DNA from: Somniosus microcephalus
Taxonomy: Eukaryota
Length of the DNA: 64,000 nt
Direction of reading: 5' to 3'
Assembly (NCBI GenBank): GCA_052327205.1
Contig: CM126228.1
Span: forward strand, 34,348,001-34,412,000
The stretch's first letter is position 1, and each line of letters begins with the position of its first letter. The notes beneath the pieces were generated by a model. It worked only from the letters and a program-made list of their open reading frames with translations, was not told the DNA's origin and searched no databases. Position numbers and translations under genes: made by a program. Shown here piece after piece: positions 23,670-34,866 of this stretch.

Positions 23670-24183
23670 CAGTTTCTCCTGCATTGGAGGCAGTTCACAG
23701 ATGATTCACACGGTTAATTCCAGAGATGATTGGTTGACTTATGAAGAAAGGTTGAGCAGGTTGGGCCTATACACATTGAAATTTAGAAGAATGAGAGGTG
23801 ATCTTATTGAAACATATAAGATACTGAGGGGGCTCGACAAGGTAGATGCAGAGAGGATGTTTCCCCTCGTGGGGAAATCTAGAACTTAGGGGCATAGTTT
23901 CAGAATAAAGGGTCGCCCTTTTAGAACTGAGATGAGGAGGAATTTCTTCTCAGAGGGTCGTAAATCTGTGGAATTCTCTGCCCCAGAGGGCCATGGAGGC
24001 TGGGTCATTAAATACATTTAAGGTGGAGATAGACAGATTTTTGCAAGATGAGGGAGTGAAGGGTTATGGGGAGCGGGCAGGGAAGTGGCTTTGAGCCCAA
24101 GATCAGCCATGATCTTATTGAATGGCAGAGCAGGCTCGAGGGGCCAAGTGGCCTATTCCTGCTCCTATTTCTTATGTTCTTAG
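23670..24183 (+). mobile_element. CR1 3' end
   Basis: LTYEERLSRLGLYTLKFRRMRGDLIETYKIL; tail CCTGCTCCTATTTCTTATGTTCTTA. Confidence 0.9.
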
Positions 24184-25228
24184 AACTCGATGGCAATAGA
24201 TCAAGAGGCAGGCAAAGAAGAACGTGGCTAAATAATGCAATAGAACAGGGGCAGGTGTAACATTCAAGGGCTGATACAGTTCAGGAAGAATGATTAGCAA
24301 CCTCCAGAACAGAGAGACGGAGATGGGAGCTGAAACTCGGCGGCCGAACATGATGACGACCAAGTCACACATAGGCCACCACTGGGCAAGGACGGCAGGT
24401 TTCCTTCCCTGAAGGACATTAGTGAATTCGTGAATCCGATAGCTTCATGGTCACTTTTACTGATCCCAGCTTTTTGTTTCCAGATTTTTAGTTGAATACT
24501 GAGCGTGAGCTATTGAATTGCTTTTTTCCCGAAGCAATCCTTTAGCGTATTAAATATTTTAGTACACCTTTAATTCAACATTAGTATCTTGCTTTTTCTA
24601 TAAACCTATACCTTGCACTAATAAATAGAATTTGCTTCTTTATCTTCAAAATTCTTTGTGAATGTCTCAATATGCACAAAAATCAATATTTTCAAACTAA
24701 CGCAAATGTGCTCACAGAATCGCTGTACTACACTCATGAAAAAACATGGAAAGAAATATTCGTATTTCAAACAATATCTCCAATCCCAAAGCATCAAAAC
24801 TGTGAGACCTTTCTGGCACAAGGTTTCGCTGGGCAGGTCAGAGGATGGCGGTCCCCTCAACCACGGCGGGGTAGATTTTTACATTTTGACAGGGTTAGAA
24901 AGTGAGCGGTGACGGATCAGCCGCCCATTATTCACCCTGCCCGAGGATCGCAGTCAAAGGAAAGGAAAACCCAGCAGAAGGTACAACATCCGCTCGATCC
25001 ACAAACACCCGTTTTCTGCCAAAGCCCAGAGTTACAATCGACCCCGGTGTTTCCAAGCTACAGCCGCTAAAATCGGAGGTGATCTCTGCACCCAGTTCTC
25101 CGATCCGTGCCTCCATTCCACACTGGGACAGGGTCTTGCAATTTGGGGGTTAAAGGTCACAGCAATACAGGTAAACTCTTAACCGATTTCTTAAAAGCAC
25201 ATTTAAGAAAAGAAAAAAGGGGCTCAAT

Positions 25229-28200
25229 GGGAACAGTAGCATAGTGGTTATGTTACTGGGCTAGTAATCCAGAGGCCTAGACGAATGATCCGTAGACGTG
25301 AGTTCAAATCCCGCCACGGCAGCTGGGGAATTTACTTTCAGTTAATTAAATAAATCTGGAATGAAAAGCTAATATCAGTAATGGTGACCATGAAACTATC
25401 AGATTGTCGTAAAAACCCATCTGGTTCACTTTAGGGAAGGAAATCTGCCGTCCTTACCCGGTCTGGCCTATATGTGACTCCAGACCCACAGCAATGTGGT
25501 TGACGCTTAACTGCCCCTCTGAAATGGCCCAGCAAGTCACTCAGTTGTAAAAAAAAACGCTACGAAAAACAAGAATAATAAAACCGGACGGACCACTCAG
25601 CTTCGACCTCGGCACCGGCTACGGACACAACAACGGCACACCCAGACCAGTCGACCCTGCAAAGTCCTCCTCACCAACATCTGGGGACTTGTGCCAAAAT
25701 TGGGAGAGCCGTCCAGACTAGTCAAGCCGGTCCCAAATTCCTCCATCACCATCCCTGGGTATGTCCTGTCCCACCGGCAGGAGAGACTCACCAGGGGTGG
25801 CGGCACAGTGATATACAGTCGGGAAGGAGTGGCCCGGGAAGTCCTCAACATAGACTCCCGACCCCATGAAGTCTCATGGCTTCAGGTCAAGCATGGGCAA
25901 GGAAACCTCCTGCTGATTACCACCTCCCACCCTCCCTCAGCTGATCAATCAGGACTCCTCCATGTTGAACACCACTTGGAAGAAGCACGGAGAGTAGCAA
26001 GGGCACAGAATGCACTCTGGGTGGGGGACTCAAAGTCCATCACCAAGAGCACTACTACTGACCGAGCTGTCCTGAAGCACGGTGGCATAGTGGTTAGCAC
26101 TGTTGCCTCACAGCGCCAGGGACCCGGGTTCGAATCCGGCCTCGGGCGACTGTCTGTGTGGAGTTTGCACATTCTCCCTGTGTTTGCATGGGTTTCCTCC
26201 GGGTGCTCCGGTTTCCTCCCACAGTCCAAAGATGTGCGGGTTAGGATGATTGGCTATGATAAATTGACCCTTAGTGTTAGGGGGATTAAATACGTGGGGT
26301 TACGGGGATAGGGTGGGATATGTGTTGGTGTAGGGGTTACGGGGATCGGGTGGGATATGTGTCAGTGCAGGCTCGATGGGCCGAAATGGCCTCTATCTGC
26401 ACTGTGGGGTTTCTGTGATTCTGTGACATAGCTGTCAGTCTAGGCCTGCGACAGGTGGTGAGAGAACCAACACGAGGGAAAAACCTACTTGACCTCATCC
26501 TCACCAATCTACCTGTCGCAGATGCATCTGTCCATGACAGTGACCACCACACAGTCATTACAGTGACCACCACACAGTCATTGTGGAGACGAAGTCCCGT
26601 CTTCACACTGAGGATACCCTCCATCGTGTTGTGTGTCACAACCACTGTGCTAAACAGAACAGATCTAGCAGCTCAAAACTGGGTATCCATGAGGCGCTGT
26701 GGGCCATCAGCAGCAGCAGAATCGTATTCCACTACAATCCGTAACCTCATGGCCCAGCATATCCCTCACTCTACCATTACCACCAAGCCACCAGGGGACC
26801 AACCCTGGTTCAATAAGGAGTGTAGAAGAGCATGGCAGGAGCAGCACCAGGTGTACCTAAAAATGCGATGCCAACCTGGGGAAGCTGCAACACAGGACTA
26901 CATGCATGCTAAAAAGCAGAAGCAGCATGCTATAGAGAGAGCTAAGCGATCCCACAATTAAAGGATCAGATCAAAGCTCTGCAGTCCTGCCACATCCAGT
27001 CGTGAATGGTGGTGGACCATTGAAAAACTAGTGGGAGGAGGAGGCTCCATGAATATCCCCATCCTCAATGATGGTGGAGCCCAACACGTGAGTGCAAAAG
27101 ACAAAGCTGAAGCGTTTGCAACCATCTTCAGCAAGAAGTGCCCAGTGGATGATCCATATCGGCCTCCTCCTGAGGTCCCCACTACCACAGAAGCCAGTCT
27201 TCAGCCAATTCGATTCACTCCACGTGCTATCAAGAAACAGCTGAGCGCACTGGATACAGCAAAGGCTATGGGCCCCGACAACATCCCGGCTATCGTGCTG
27301 AAGACTTGTGCTCCAGAACTAGCCTCGCCTCTAGCCAAGCTGTTCCAGTACAGTTATAACACTGGCATCTATCCGACAATGTGGAAAACTGCCCAGGTAT
27401 GTCCTGTCCACAAAAAGCAGGACAAATCCAATCCAGCCAATTACCGCCCCATCGCAACTCCTCAGATAATGAAGCAGTCCATGTCCGCATTCAGCAAGAC
27501 CTGGACGACATTCAGGCTTGGGCTGATAAGTGGCAGGTAACATTCGCGCCACACAAGTGCCAGGCAATGACTATCTCCAACAAGTGAGCATCTCTAACCA
27601 CCGCCCCTTGACATTCAATGGCATTACCATTGCCGAATCCCCCACCATCAATATCCTAAGGGTCACCATTGACCAGAAACTTAACTGGACCAGCCACATA
27701 AATACTGTGGCAAAAGGGCAGGTCAGAGGCTAGGTATTCTGCGGCAAGTGTCTCACCTCCTGACTCCCCAAAGCCCTTCCACCATCTACAAGGCACAAGT
27801 CAGGAGTGTGATGGAATACTCCCCACTTGCCTGGATGAGTGCAGCTCCAACAACACTCAAGAAGCTCGACACCATCCAAGACAAAGCAGCCCGCTTGATC
27901 GGCACCTCATCCACCACCTTAAACATTCACTTCCTCCACCACCGGCGTACCATGGCTGCAGTGTGTACCATCCACAAGATGCACTGCAGCAACTCACCAA
28001 GGCTTCTTCGGCAGCATCTCCCAAACCCACGACCTCTTCCACCTAGAAGAACAAGGGCAGCAGGCGCATGGGAACACCACCACCTCCAAGTTCCCCTCCA
28101 AGTCACACACCATCCTGACTTGGAAGTATATCGCTGATCCTTCATCGTCGCTGGGTCAAAATCCTGGAACTCCCTCCCTAACAGCACTGTGGGAGTACCT

Positions 28201-28326
28201 TCACCACACGGACTGCAGCGGTTCAAAGCGGCGGCTCACCACCACCTCCCCAGGGCAATTAGGGATGGGCAATAAATGCTGGCCTTGCCAGCGACGCCCA
28301 CATCCCATGAACGAATAATAAAAAAA
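25229..28326 (+). mobile_element. tRNA-headed, ORF1-less LINE (CR1/L2 group), end-to-end copy with frameshifts, a nested SINE and an RT-core deletion
   Basis: A box TAGCATAGTGG (25237-25247), B box AGTTCAAATCC (25301-25311). APE motifs VLLTNIWGL, RGGGTV, WVGD, EPTRGKNLLDLILT, SDH. RT-flank motifs KAMGPDNIP, PVHKKQDKSNPANYRPI, QQDLDDIQAWADKWQVTF, YKAQVRSVMEY. A-rich end. Confidence 0.9.
26077..26424 (+). mobile_element. V-SINE (HE1-like) nested in the LINE endonuclease
   Basis: tRNA head GGTGGCATAGTGGTTAGCAC...GGGTTCGAATCC; V domain GTGTGGAGTTTGCACATTCTCCC...GGTTTCCTCCCACAGTCCAAAGA; CR1-type tail; splits the host codons VLK^DIA. Confidence 0.9.
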
Positions 28327-28919
28327 TGCTGGAAGTCACTTACGATTACTCAAGATGAGACTGAATCCTACTTAAGATGAAAATCTTCTCCAATACAGCA
28401 CCATATCAAGCAATACTCTGCAAAATATTGTTCATAGATTCTTACAGCCAAGAAGGAGACCATTTGGTCCATCGTGCCGGTGCCCTGAAAGAGCAATATA
28501 ATTAGTCCCACTCCCCTGCTCTTTCCTCATAGCCGTGCAATTGTTCTGCTCAATTTTTAGAAGATCAAAATATAGACCAAACATTTAATCATTTGATCAT
28601 TTAAGACCAAATTGAATGCATTCCTTTCCCAGACCAGAACAACATATTAATCAAGGTATCAGGTGATTAAGAGCCTTCAGAGCTGATAATGACTTTTTGA
28701 GTATAAAGGTGTTTTCACAATGTGTAGTAGGTGCTAGGGGAAGCATAACTGAAGTGGGGACTCACACTCTCCTCGTTTCACTTTTGTTGCACACCACTGG
28801 TGCTTGTGGGGCCCAGATAGATTTGAGAAAATGATACTGTAGTATCAGTGGTAAATTACAGGTTTCCTAACCTCAGTACATGCTCCAGCATGTGAGAGTT
28901 AATTCAGCATTTAAACTCC

Positions 28920-29500
28920 CCGTGCCTTTGTTACCTCTCGGCTTGACTATTCCAACCCACTCCTGGCTGCCCTCCCACGTTCTACCCTATGTAAATTTGA
29001 GGTCATCCAAAACTCAGCTGCTCGAGTCCTAACTCGCACCAAGTCCCATTCACCCATCACCCCTGTGCTCTGACGTTCATTGGTTCCCGGTTAAGCAACA
29101 TCTCAATTTTAAAATTCTCATCTTTGTGTTCAAATCCCTCCATGGCCTCGCCCCTCCCTATCTCTGTAATCTCCTCCAACCGCCCCCCCGCCCCCACCCG
29201 AGATATCTGCGCTCCACTAATTCTGCCCTCTTAAGCATCCCTGATTGTAATCGCTCCACCATTAGTGGCCGTGCCTTCTGTTGCCTAGGCCCTAAGCTCT
29301 GGAATTCCCTCCCTAAACCTCTCTGCCTCTCTTTCCTCCTTTAAGATGTTCCTTAAAACCTACCTTTGACCAAGCTTTTTGTTATCTGCCCTAATTTCTC
29401 CTTATGGGGCTCGGTGTCAAATTTTCTTCTACTACGCTCCTGTGAAGCGCCTTGGGACGTTTTATGACGTTAAAGGTGCTATATAAATACAAGTTATTGT
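28920..29500 (+). mobile_element. L2 LINE 3' fragment
   Basis: FKSLHGLAPPYLCNLLQP...GRAFCCLGPKLWNSLP; L2 tail. Confidence 0.9.
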
Positions 29501-29509
29501 TGAGATTAA

Positions 29510-30190
29510 ATTCTGCTCAACCTCTATTTTCAGCTGGATTGATCCCAACTGGCTGCACTGGAACCTCACTGCAAAAGAGGGCAGACGGGGCAGCGCGTGC
29601 GCCTGGAACGTACGTTTTTTTTCCAGGTTTCTCCGGGAGGGTAAGTCTCCAGGAGTTACACATGTAAAAAGCAGTCGCAAGGCCTGCTTTTAACAAGGTA
29701 AGTGGTGAATTAATTAAAATTAAAACATTTTTTCCACAGGTTTATTATTTTTAAATACTTTAAAGAAAGGTAAGTTTATTTTTAGCCCCGTTAGAAAATG
29801 TAATTAATTTTTTCAAAAATTTAAATTATTGTTTAAAATAGTTATTTTATGTAATTTATAGTTATTTAAAAAATGTGATTTAAAAAAAAATGTATTTGAA
29901 GTTTTAGTGATGTTTTGGGGCTTATAGTATTTATAGTTTTGACAGCTCTTCCTGTCAATTTTATGAATGGGCATTTCCCTGCTACGATTGGCTCTCCATT
30001 GTCCACGTGATCCCAGGGGATGCTTCGAACTAACTGCGCCCCTGGGATACGCAAGCACTGCGCGCCAGCAGTTGGAGGAGGCCCAGGATCGGAATCCCAC
30101 GCGGGCCCACAGCTCAACGGCCGACGCGCTAGGTAAGTGCAGGTCGGGGGCTTGCACCCGCGGGAAGCCTCCGACCCGAATTTCTGGGCC
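29510..30190. mobile_element. Harbinger-type MITE, only the right end retained
   Basis: Ends GAATTTCTGGGCC, similar to the TIR at 5722-5734; AT-rich core with GC-rich flanks; left TIR not found. Confidence 0.5.
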
Positions 30191-30213
30191 ATGTTATTCA
30201 TATATTTTCTATG

Positions 30214-30405
30214 GTGTGGAGATGCCGGTGTTGGACTGGGGTAGACAAATGTAAGAAGTCACACAACACCAGGTTATAGTCCAACAGTTTTATTTGAAAT
30301 CACAAGCTTTCGGAGCGCTGCTCCTTCGTCACCGGCCAGCGCACCGAAAGCTTGTGATTTCAAATAAAACTGTTGGACTATAACCTGGTGTTGTGTGACT
30401 TCTTA
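30214..30405. mobile_element. Penelope-derived fold-back (inverted pLTR ends) with a 15-bp TSD
   Basis: 65-bp perfect inverted arms 30249-30313 / 30344-30408; CATATATTTTCTATG at 30199-30213 and 30406-30420; hammerhead remnant TGACGAAGGAGCAGCGCTCCGAAA on the minus strand. Confidence 0.8.
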
Positions 30406-30854
30406 CATATATTTTCTATGTTGCACCTGTCTGCTTGATTTCCTTCTTTCCCGCATGCTACTGCTCTCAGATGTGATGGTAGAGTCCCTTTACTAATGAT
30501 GTAGTCTTTAAAGTTGTAGCTAGGTCCAACAATGTGATTGTAAACTCTACCCTAGACTTCCCATCAAGTCTCACTGGCTGTAATTTATGATCACGTAATG
30601 GGTTAACCTGAACTGACCTAACAGAGTACAAAATAATGAATGACAGCTATCCAACAGACTGATGACTGAGGTGTCATTTGTGGCTCAGTGGTAGCACTCT
30701 CGCCTCGGAGTCAGTGTCTGTGGGTTCAATCTTGCCTCTCAAGTGGATGTAAAAGCTTCCATGGCAGCATTTCAAAGAGCAGCACATTAATTCTCCCCGG
30801 TATCCTGGCCAATATTTATCCCTCAACCAACACCTATACCTATATATCAGGAAA

Positions 30855-32075
30855 GGTTGAACAGGCTGGGTCTCTTTTTGCTTGCAAAGGGTGACCGAAT
30901 TGAGGTCTTTAAAATTATGAAAGGTTTTGATAGGAGTAGTCACAGAGGGCTGGATTTTGTCAATGGGGAACTTTTGGAGGCGGGACTCCCACTTGTTGAG
31001 TTTTAGTCCCGCCTCCATCGACTTGTGGCCAACCCACGCTATTTTCCCTTGATTGACCTTGTTAAGCCCGCCCAGCAGGTTTAGCAGGCCAATTAAGGGA
31101 AAGCTGGTTACAGGAGACGTCACGAGTGCCGTTTCATCTGTCAAGAGCTTTTGACAGATGAAATGTCATCGTTTGACGGCTCTGTGAAGCTGTCAATCAC
31201 TGACAATCTGTCTTCTAAGTTGTGTCTTTACTCAAGACGCAATTAGAAAGCCTTCCTGACCAGAAAGCAGAGGCTGCAGCTTTTGACAGTTCAGCGGCCA
31301 TTCTGCTTTCTGTGCCGGTGAGCTGAGGGACTCCCGAGACCTGAAGGGAGGAAGCCTGCAGGAGAAAGTAAAGGTAAATAAAACTTATTAAAACACTTTA
31401 CACACACCTCACACACTTACCTCTGCACACATGCACCCATTACTCTGCTGCACACCGGACATCTCGGCCCCTCTGACCCCCGCAGACCGACGAACCACCT
31501 CGCTGACCCTGGCGAGGTTTGGAGCCGTCGGGAAGCCCACACTTCAGGGCTCAAAATAGGGATTAGCCAGAAAACTACCTGTTAACAGGCAGTTAACTGG
31601 CATTAATCCCCTTCCCGGGACCCGGCGCGGGTCAGGTACCCGCCTCCTGGCAAGATGGCATGGAGGCGGGTTGGGCACCCGCCCCCAAATTCTGCCATTT
31701 TCCCGGTAGTCCCGCTTCCAAACCCGCCTCCCCAGGGCTGGCAAAATCCAGCCCAGAGAGAGTGTTTCCACTTGTGGGGAAGAGCATAACTAGAGGCCAT
31801 CAATATAAGATAGTCACCAAGTAATCAAATAGGGAATTCAGAAGAAACTTCTTTACCCAGAGAGTGGTGAGAGTGTGGAACTCGCTACCACAGGGAGTGG
31901 TTAAAGCAAATAGTATAGATGCAGTTAAGGGGAGGCTAGATAAGCATATGAGGGAGAAGGGAATAGAGGGTTACTCTGACAGAGTTAGATGAGGAAAGAC
32001 GGGAGGAGGCTCCGGCATAGACTGGTTGGGCCGAATGGCCTGTATCTGTGCTGTATATCCGATGTAATCCTATAA
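30855..32075 (+). mobile_element. CR1 3' end split by a MITE
   Basis: GAGGTCTTTAAAATTATGAAAGGTTTTGATAG continues after 31757 as GTGTTTCCACTTGTGGGG...TTCTTTACCCAGAGAGTGGTG. Confidence 0.85.
30947..31754. mobile_element. Non-autonomous DNA transposon (Harbinger-like MITE), 808 bp
   Basis: 13-bp perfect TIR GGGCTGGATTTTG / CAAAATCCAGCCC; 3-bp TSD AGA (30944-30946, 31755-31757); the host CR1 rejoins when it is removed. Confidence 0.9.
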
Positions 32076-32091
32076 AAAGATGATCTGGATT

Positions 32092-32525
32092 TTTTTTTTT
32101 TTTATTCGTTCCTGGGATGTGGGCATCGCTGGCAAGACCAGCATTTATTGCCCATCCCTAATTGCCCTTGAGAAGAGGGTGGTGAGCCGCCTTCTTGAAC
32201 CGCTGCAGTCCGTGTGGTGAAGGTACTCCCACAGTGCTGTTAGGGAGGGAGTTCCAGGATTTTGACCCAGCGATGATGAAGGATCGGCGATATACTTCTA
32301 AGTCAGGATGGTGTGTGGCTTGGAGGGGAACTTGGAGGTGGTGGTGTTCCCATGCGCCCGCTGCCCTTGTCCTTCTAGGTGGTAGATTGCTGTTTGTGGG
32401 AGCTTGCCGCCTTTCCTACATTACAACAGTGACTGCAGTTCAAAAGTACTTCATTGGTAGTAAAACACTTTGGGACATCCTGAGATTGTGAAAGGCGCTA
32501 TATAAATTCAAGTTCTTTATTTTTC
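32092..32525. mobile_element. tRNA-headed LINE tail (minus, 32092-32385) fused to a DeuSINE tail (plus, 32386-32525)
   Basis: Direct match to the reverse complement of 28040-28326, followed by TTGCTGTTTGTGGGAGCTTG...AAAGGCGCTATATAAAT. Confidence 0.8.
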
Positions 32526-33148
32526 TTTTCTTTCAAAGAACCAGCACAGCTACGATGGGCCGAATGACCTGTGCTGTAAGATTCCATGATCTTATGCTGC
32601 AGAATAAGAAGGCCCAGTATAAAAGAATGATCTCAAACGCAAAAAGATAAAGTGTATGAAAACTCTCACTCTTGTTCATCACCTGCCTACATGGCGCCTA
32701 CAGTGGGCAGGCAATGTTCTCACTCATCTGCCAAAGGGTCAGTGTGGCAGGAGCAAGATCAACATGAAACTCTCTCCAAGTTCCAACGCTCTTATCCGCT
32801 GTTAAATATTCATAGAACACAATTCGTTGTGGGTGACAAAACCTTCCCCCACGTGGTGTTTTCAAGTGAGATGGAGATATCCATGTAAAATGTAACAATA
32901 AGGAAGTTCTGAGAGAGACAAAGGGAGGAAAGGGAGTATCAGAGAGGGAGAGGGGGAAATGAAAGAGGGAGAGAGAGGGGCATGGGAAGGAGGGAGAGGG
33001 GCGTGGGGGAGAGAGGGAGGGGGGGGTCGGGGGAGAGAGGGAGGGGGGGTCGGGGAGAGGGGCGTGGGGGAGGGAGAGGGGGTGGGGGAGAGGGAGAGGG
33101 GGGTGGGGGAGAGGGAGAGGGGGGTGGGGGAGAGGGAGTGGGGGTGGT

Positions 33149-33824
33149 GACCCAACACAATCGTCGCTAAGCAAAAGGAAAAATATCTGTCATATTGGGC
33201 AGAAACAACAAAAACCCAAAGCAAACTCAATTGCTACTTGGCCCTAAACAGACAATACAACATAGCTGATTACCTGACCATGGTAAAGGATAACAAACTG
33301 AGAAGAACCTTGACAAGGTACAGACTTAGCGAACATAGCCTAGCGATCGAAAAAGGCAGACACAGGCAGACCAGGCTGCCAAGAGAAGACAGGATATGCT
33401 CTCACTGCAGTCAGGGAGTAGTAGAGACAGAGATGCACTTCCTCACAGCCTGTGGAAAATATCAGGGCATCAGAGAGAATTTCTACCAAAAATTCTCACA
33501 AATATGCCCTGAATTCAGAAATCTGACTGACAACCAAAAACTCCCATTCTTACTGGGGAGGAGAGAAGCTGTGTAACACTGGCGGCACACTATGTTACAG
33601 CTTGCCATGAACAGAGGGACAACCAGTAAACTAAGACAAGAGTATATATAAACAAGGCGAATGTATATTTATAAACTCAGGGATATACCTGTTTATACAC
33701 TGTATGAATGGAACCGCGTTTATGTGTTCAACCATAAATGTATTTTGATGCTTTGGCAACATAAGATGTACCTTATCATGCCAATAAAGCGATTTGTATT
33801 ATTGTATTGTATTGTATTGTATTG
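33149..33824 (+). mobile_element. RTE-X-like LINE 3' fragment, copy 1
   Basis: LTRYRLSEHSLAIEKGRH...RICSHC...ETEMHFLTAC (CCHC knuckle); AATAAA followed by an (ATTGT)n tail. Confidence 0.8.
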
Positions 33825-34866
33825 AGAGGGGGGAGGGAGAGGGAGGGGAGAGAGGGGGGGAGAGAGGTGGGGGAGAGAGGGGTGGGGAGAGAGGGGTGGG
33901 GAGAGAGGGGTNNNNNNNNNNNNNNNNNNNNNNNNNNNNNNNNNNNNNNNNNNNNNNNNNNNNNNNNNNNNNNNNNNNNNNNNNNNNNNNNNNNNNNNNN
34001 NNNNNNNNNNNNNNNNNNNNNNNNNNNNNNNNNNNNNNNNNNNNNNNNNNGGGGGGAGAGGGGGGAGAGTGGGGGGGAGAGAGAGGGGGAGAGAGGGGGG
34101 GAGAGAGGGGGAGAGAGTGGGGGGAGAGGGGGNNNNNNNNNNNNNNNNNNNNNNNNNNNNNNNNNNNNNNNNNNNNNNNNNNNNNNNNNNNNNNNNNNNN
34201 NNNNNNNNNNNNNNNNNNNNNNNNNNNNNNNNNNNNNNNNNNNNNNNNNNNNNNNNNNNNNNNNNNNNNNNNNNNNNGGGGGAGAGAGGGCGGGAGAGAG
34301 GGGGGAGGGGCTGGGGGGGAGGGAGGGGGGGGAGAGGTGGGGGGGGAGAGTGGGGGGGGGAGAGTGGGGGGGGAGAGAGTGGGGGGGGAGAGAGTGGGGG
34401 GGGAGAGTGGGGGGGGGGAGAGTGGGGGGGGGAGAGTGGGGGGGGGAGAGTGGGGGGGGAGAGTGGGGGGGGAGAGTGGGGGGGGAGAGTGGGGGGGGAG
34501 AGTGGGGGGGAGAGTGGGGGGGGAGAGTGGGGGGGGAGAGTGGGGGGGGAGAGTGGGGGGGGAGAGTGGGGGGGGAGTGGGGGGGGGAGAGTGGTGGGGG
34601 GAGAGTGGGGGGGGGAGAGTGGGGGGGGGAGAGTGGGGGGGAGAGTGGGGGGGAGAGAGTGGGGGGGAGAGAGTGGGGGGGGAGAGGGAGGGGGGAGAGG
34701 GGGGGGAGAGGGGGAGGGGGGAGAGGGGGAGGGGGAGAGGGGGAGGGGAGGGAGAGGGGGGGGAGAGGGGGGGAGAGAGGGGGAGGGGGTGGGGGGGGAG
34801 GGGGGGAGAGAGGGGGGGAGGGGGGAGAGAGAGGGGGGGAGAGAGGGGGGGTGAGGCATGGGAGAG

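Noticed and set aside
25229-25320. Functional tRNA-Thr gene
   Set aside because: It has an extra ~20 nt between the anticodon arm and T arm, no clean acceptor stem and no oligo-T terminator. It is a retroelement head.
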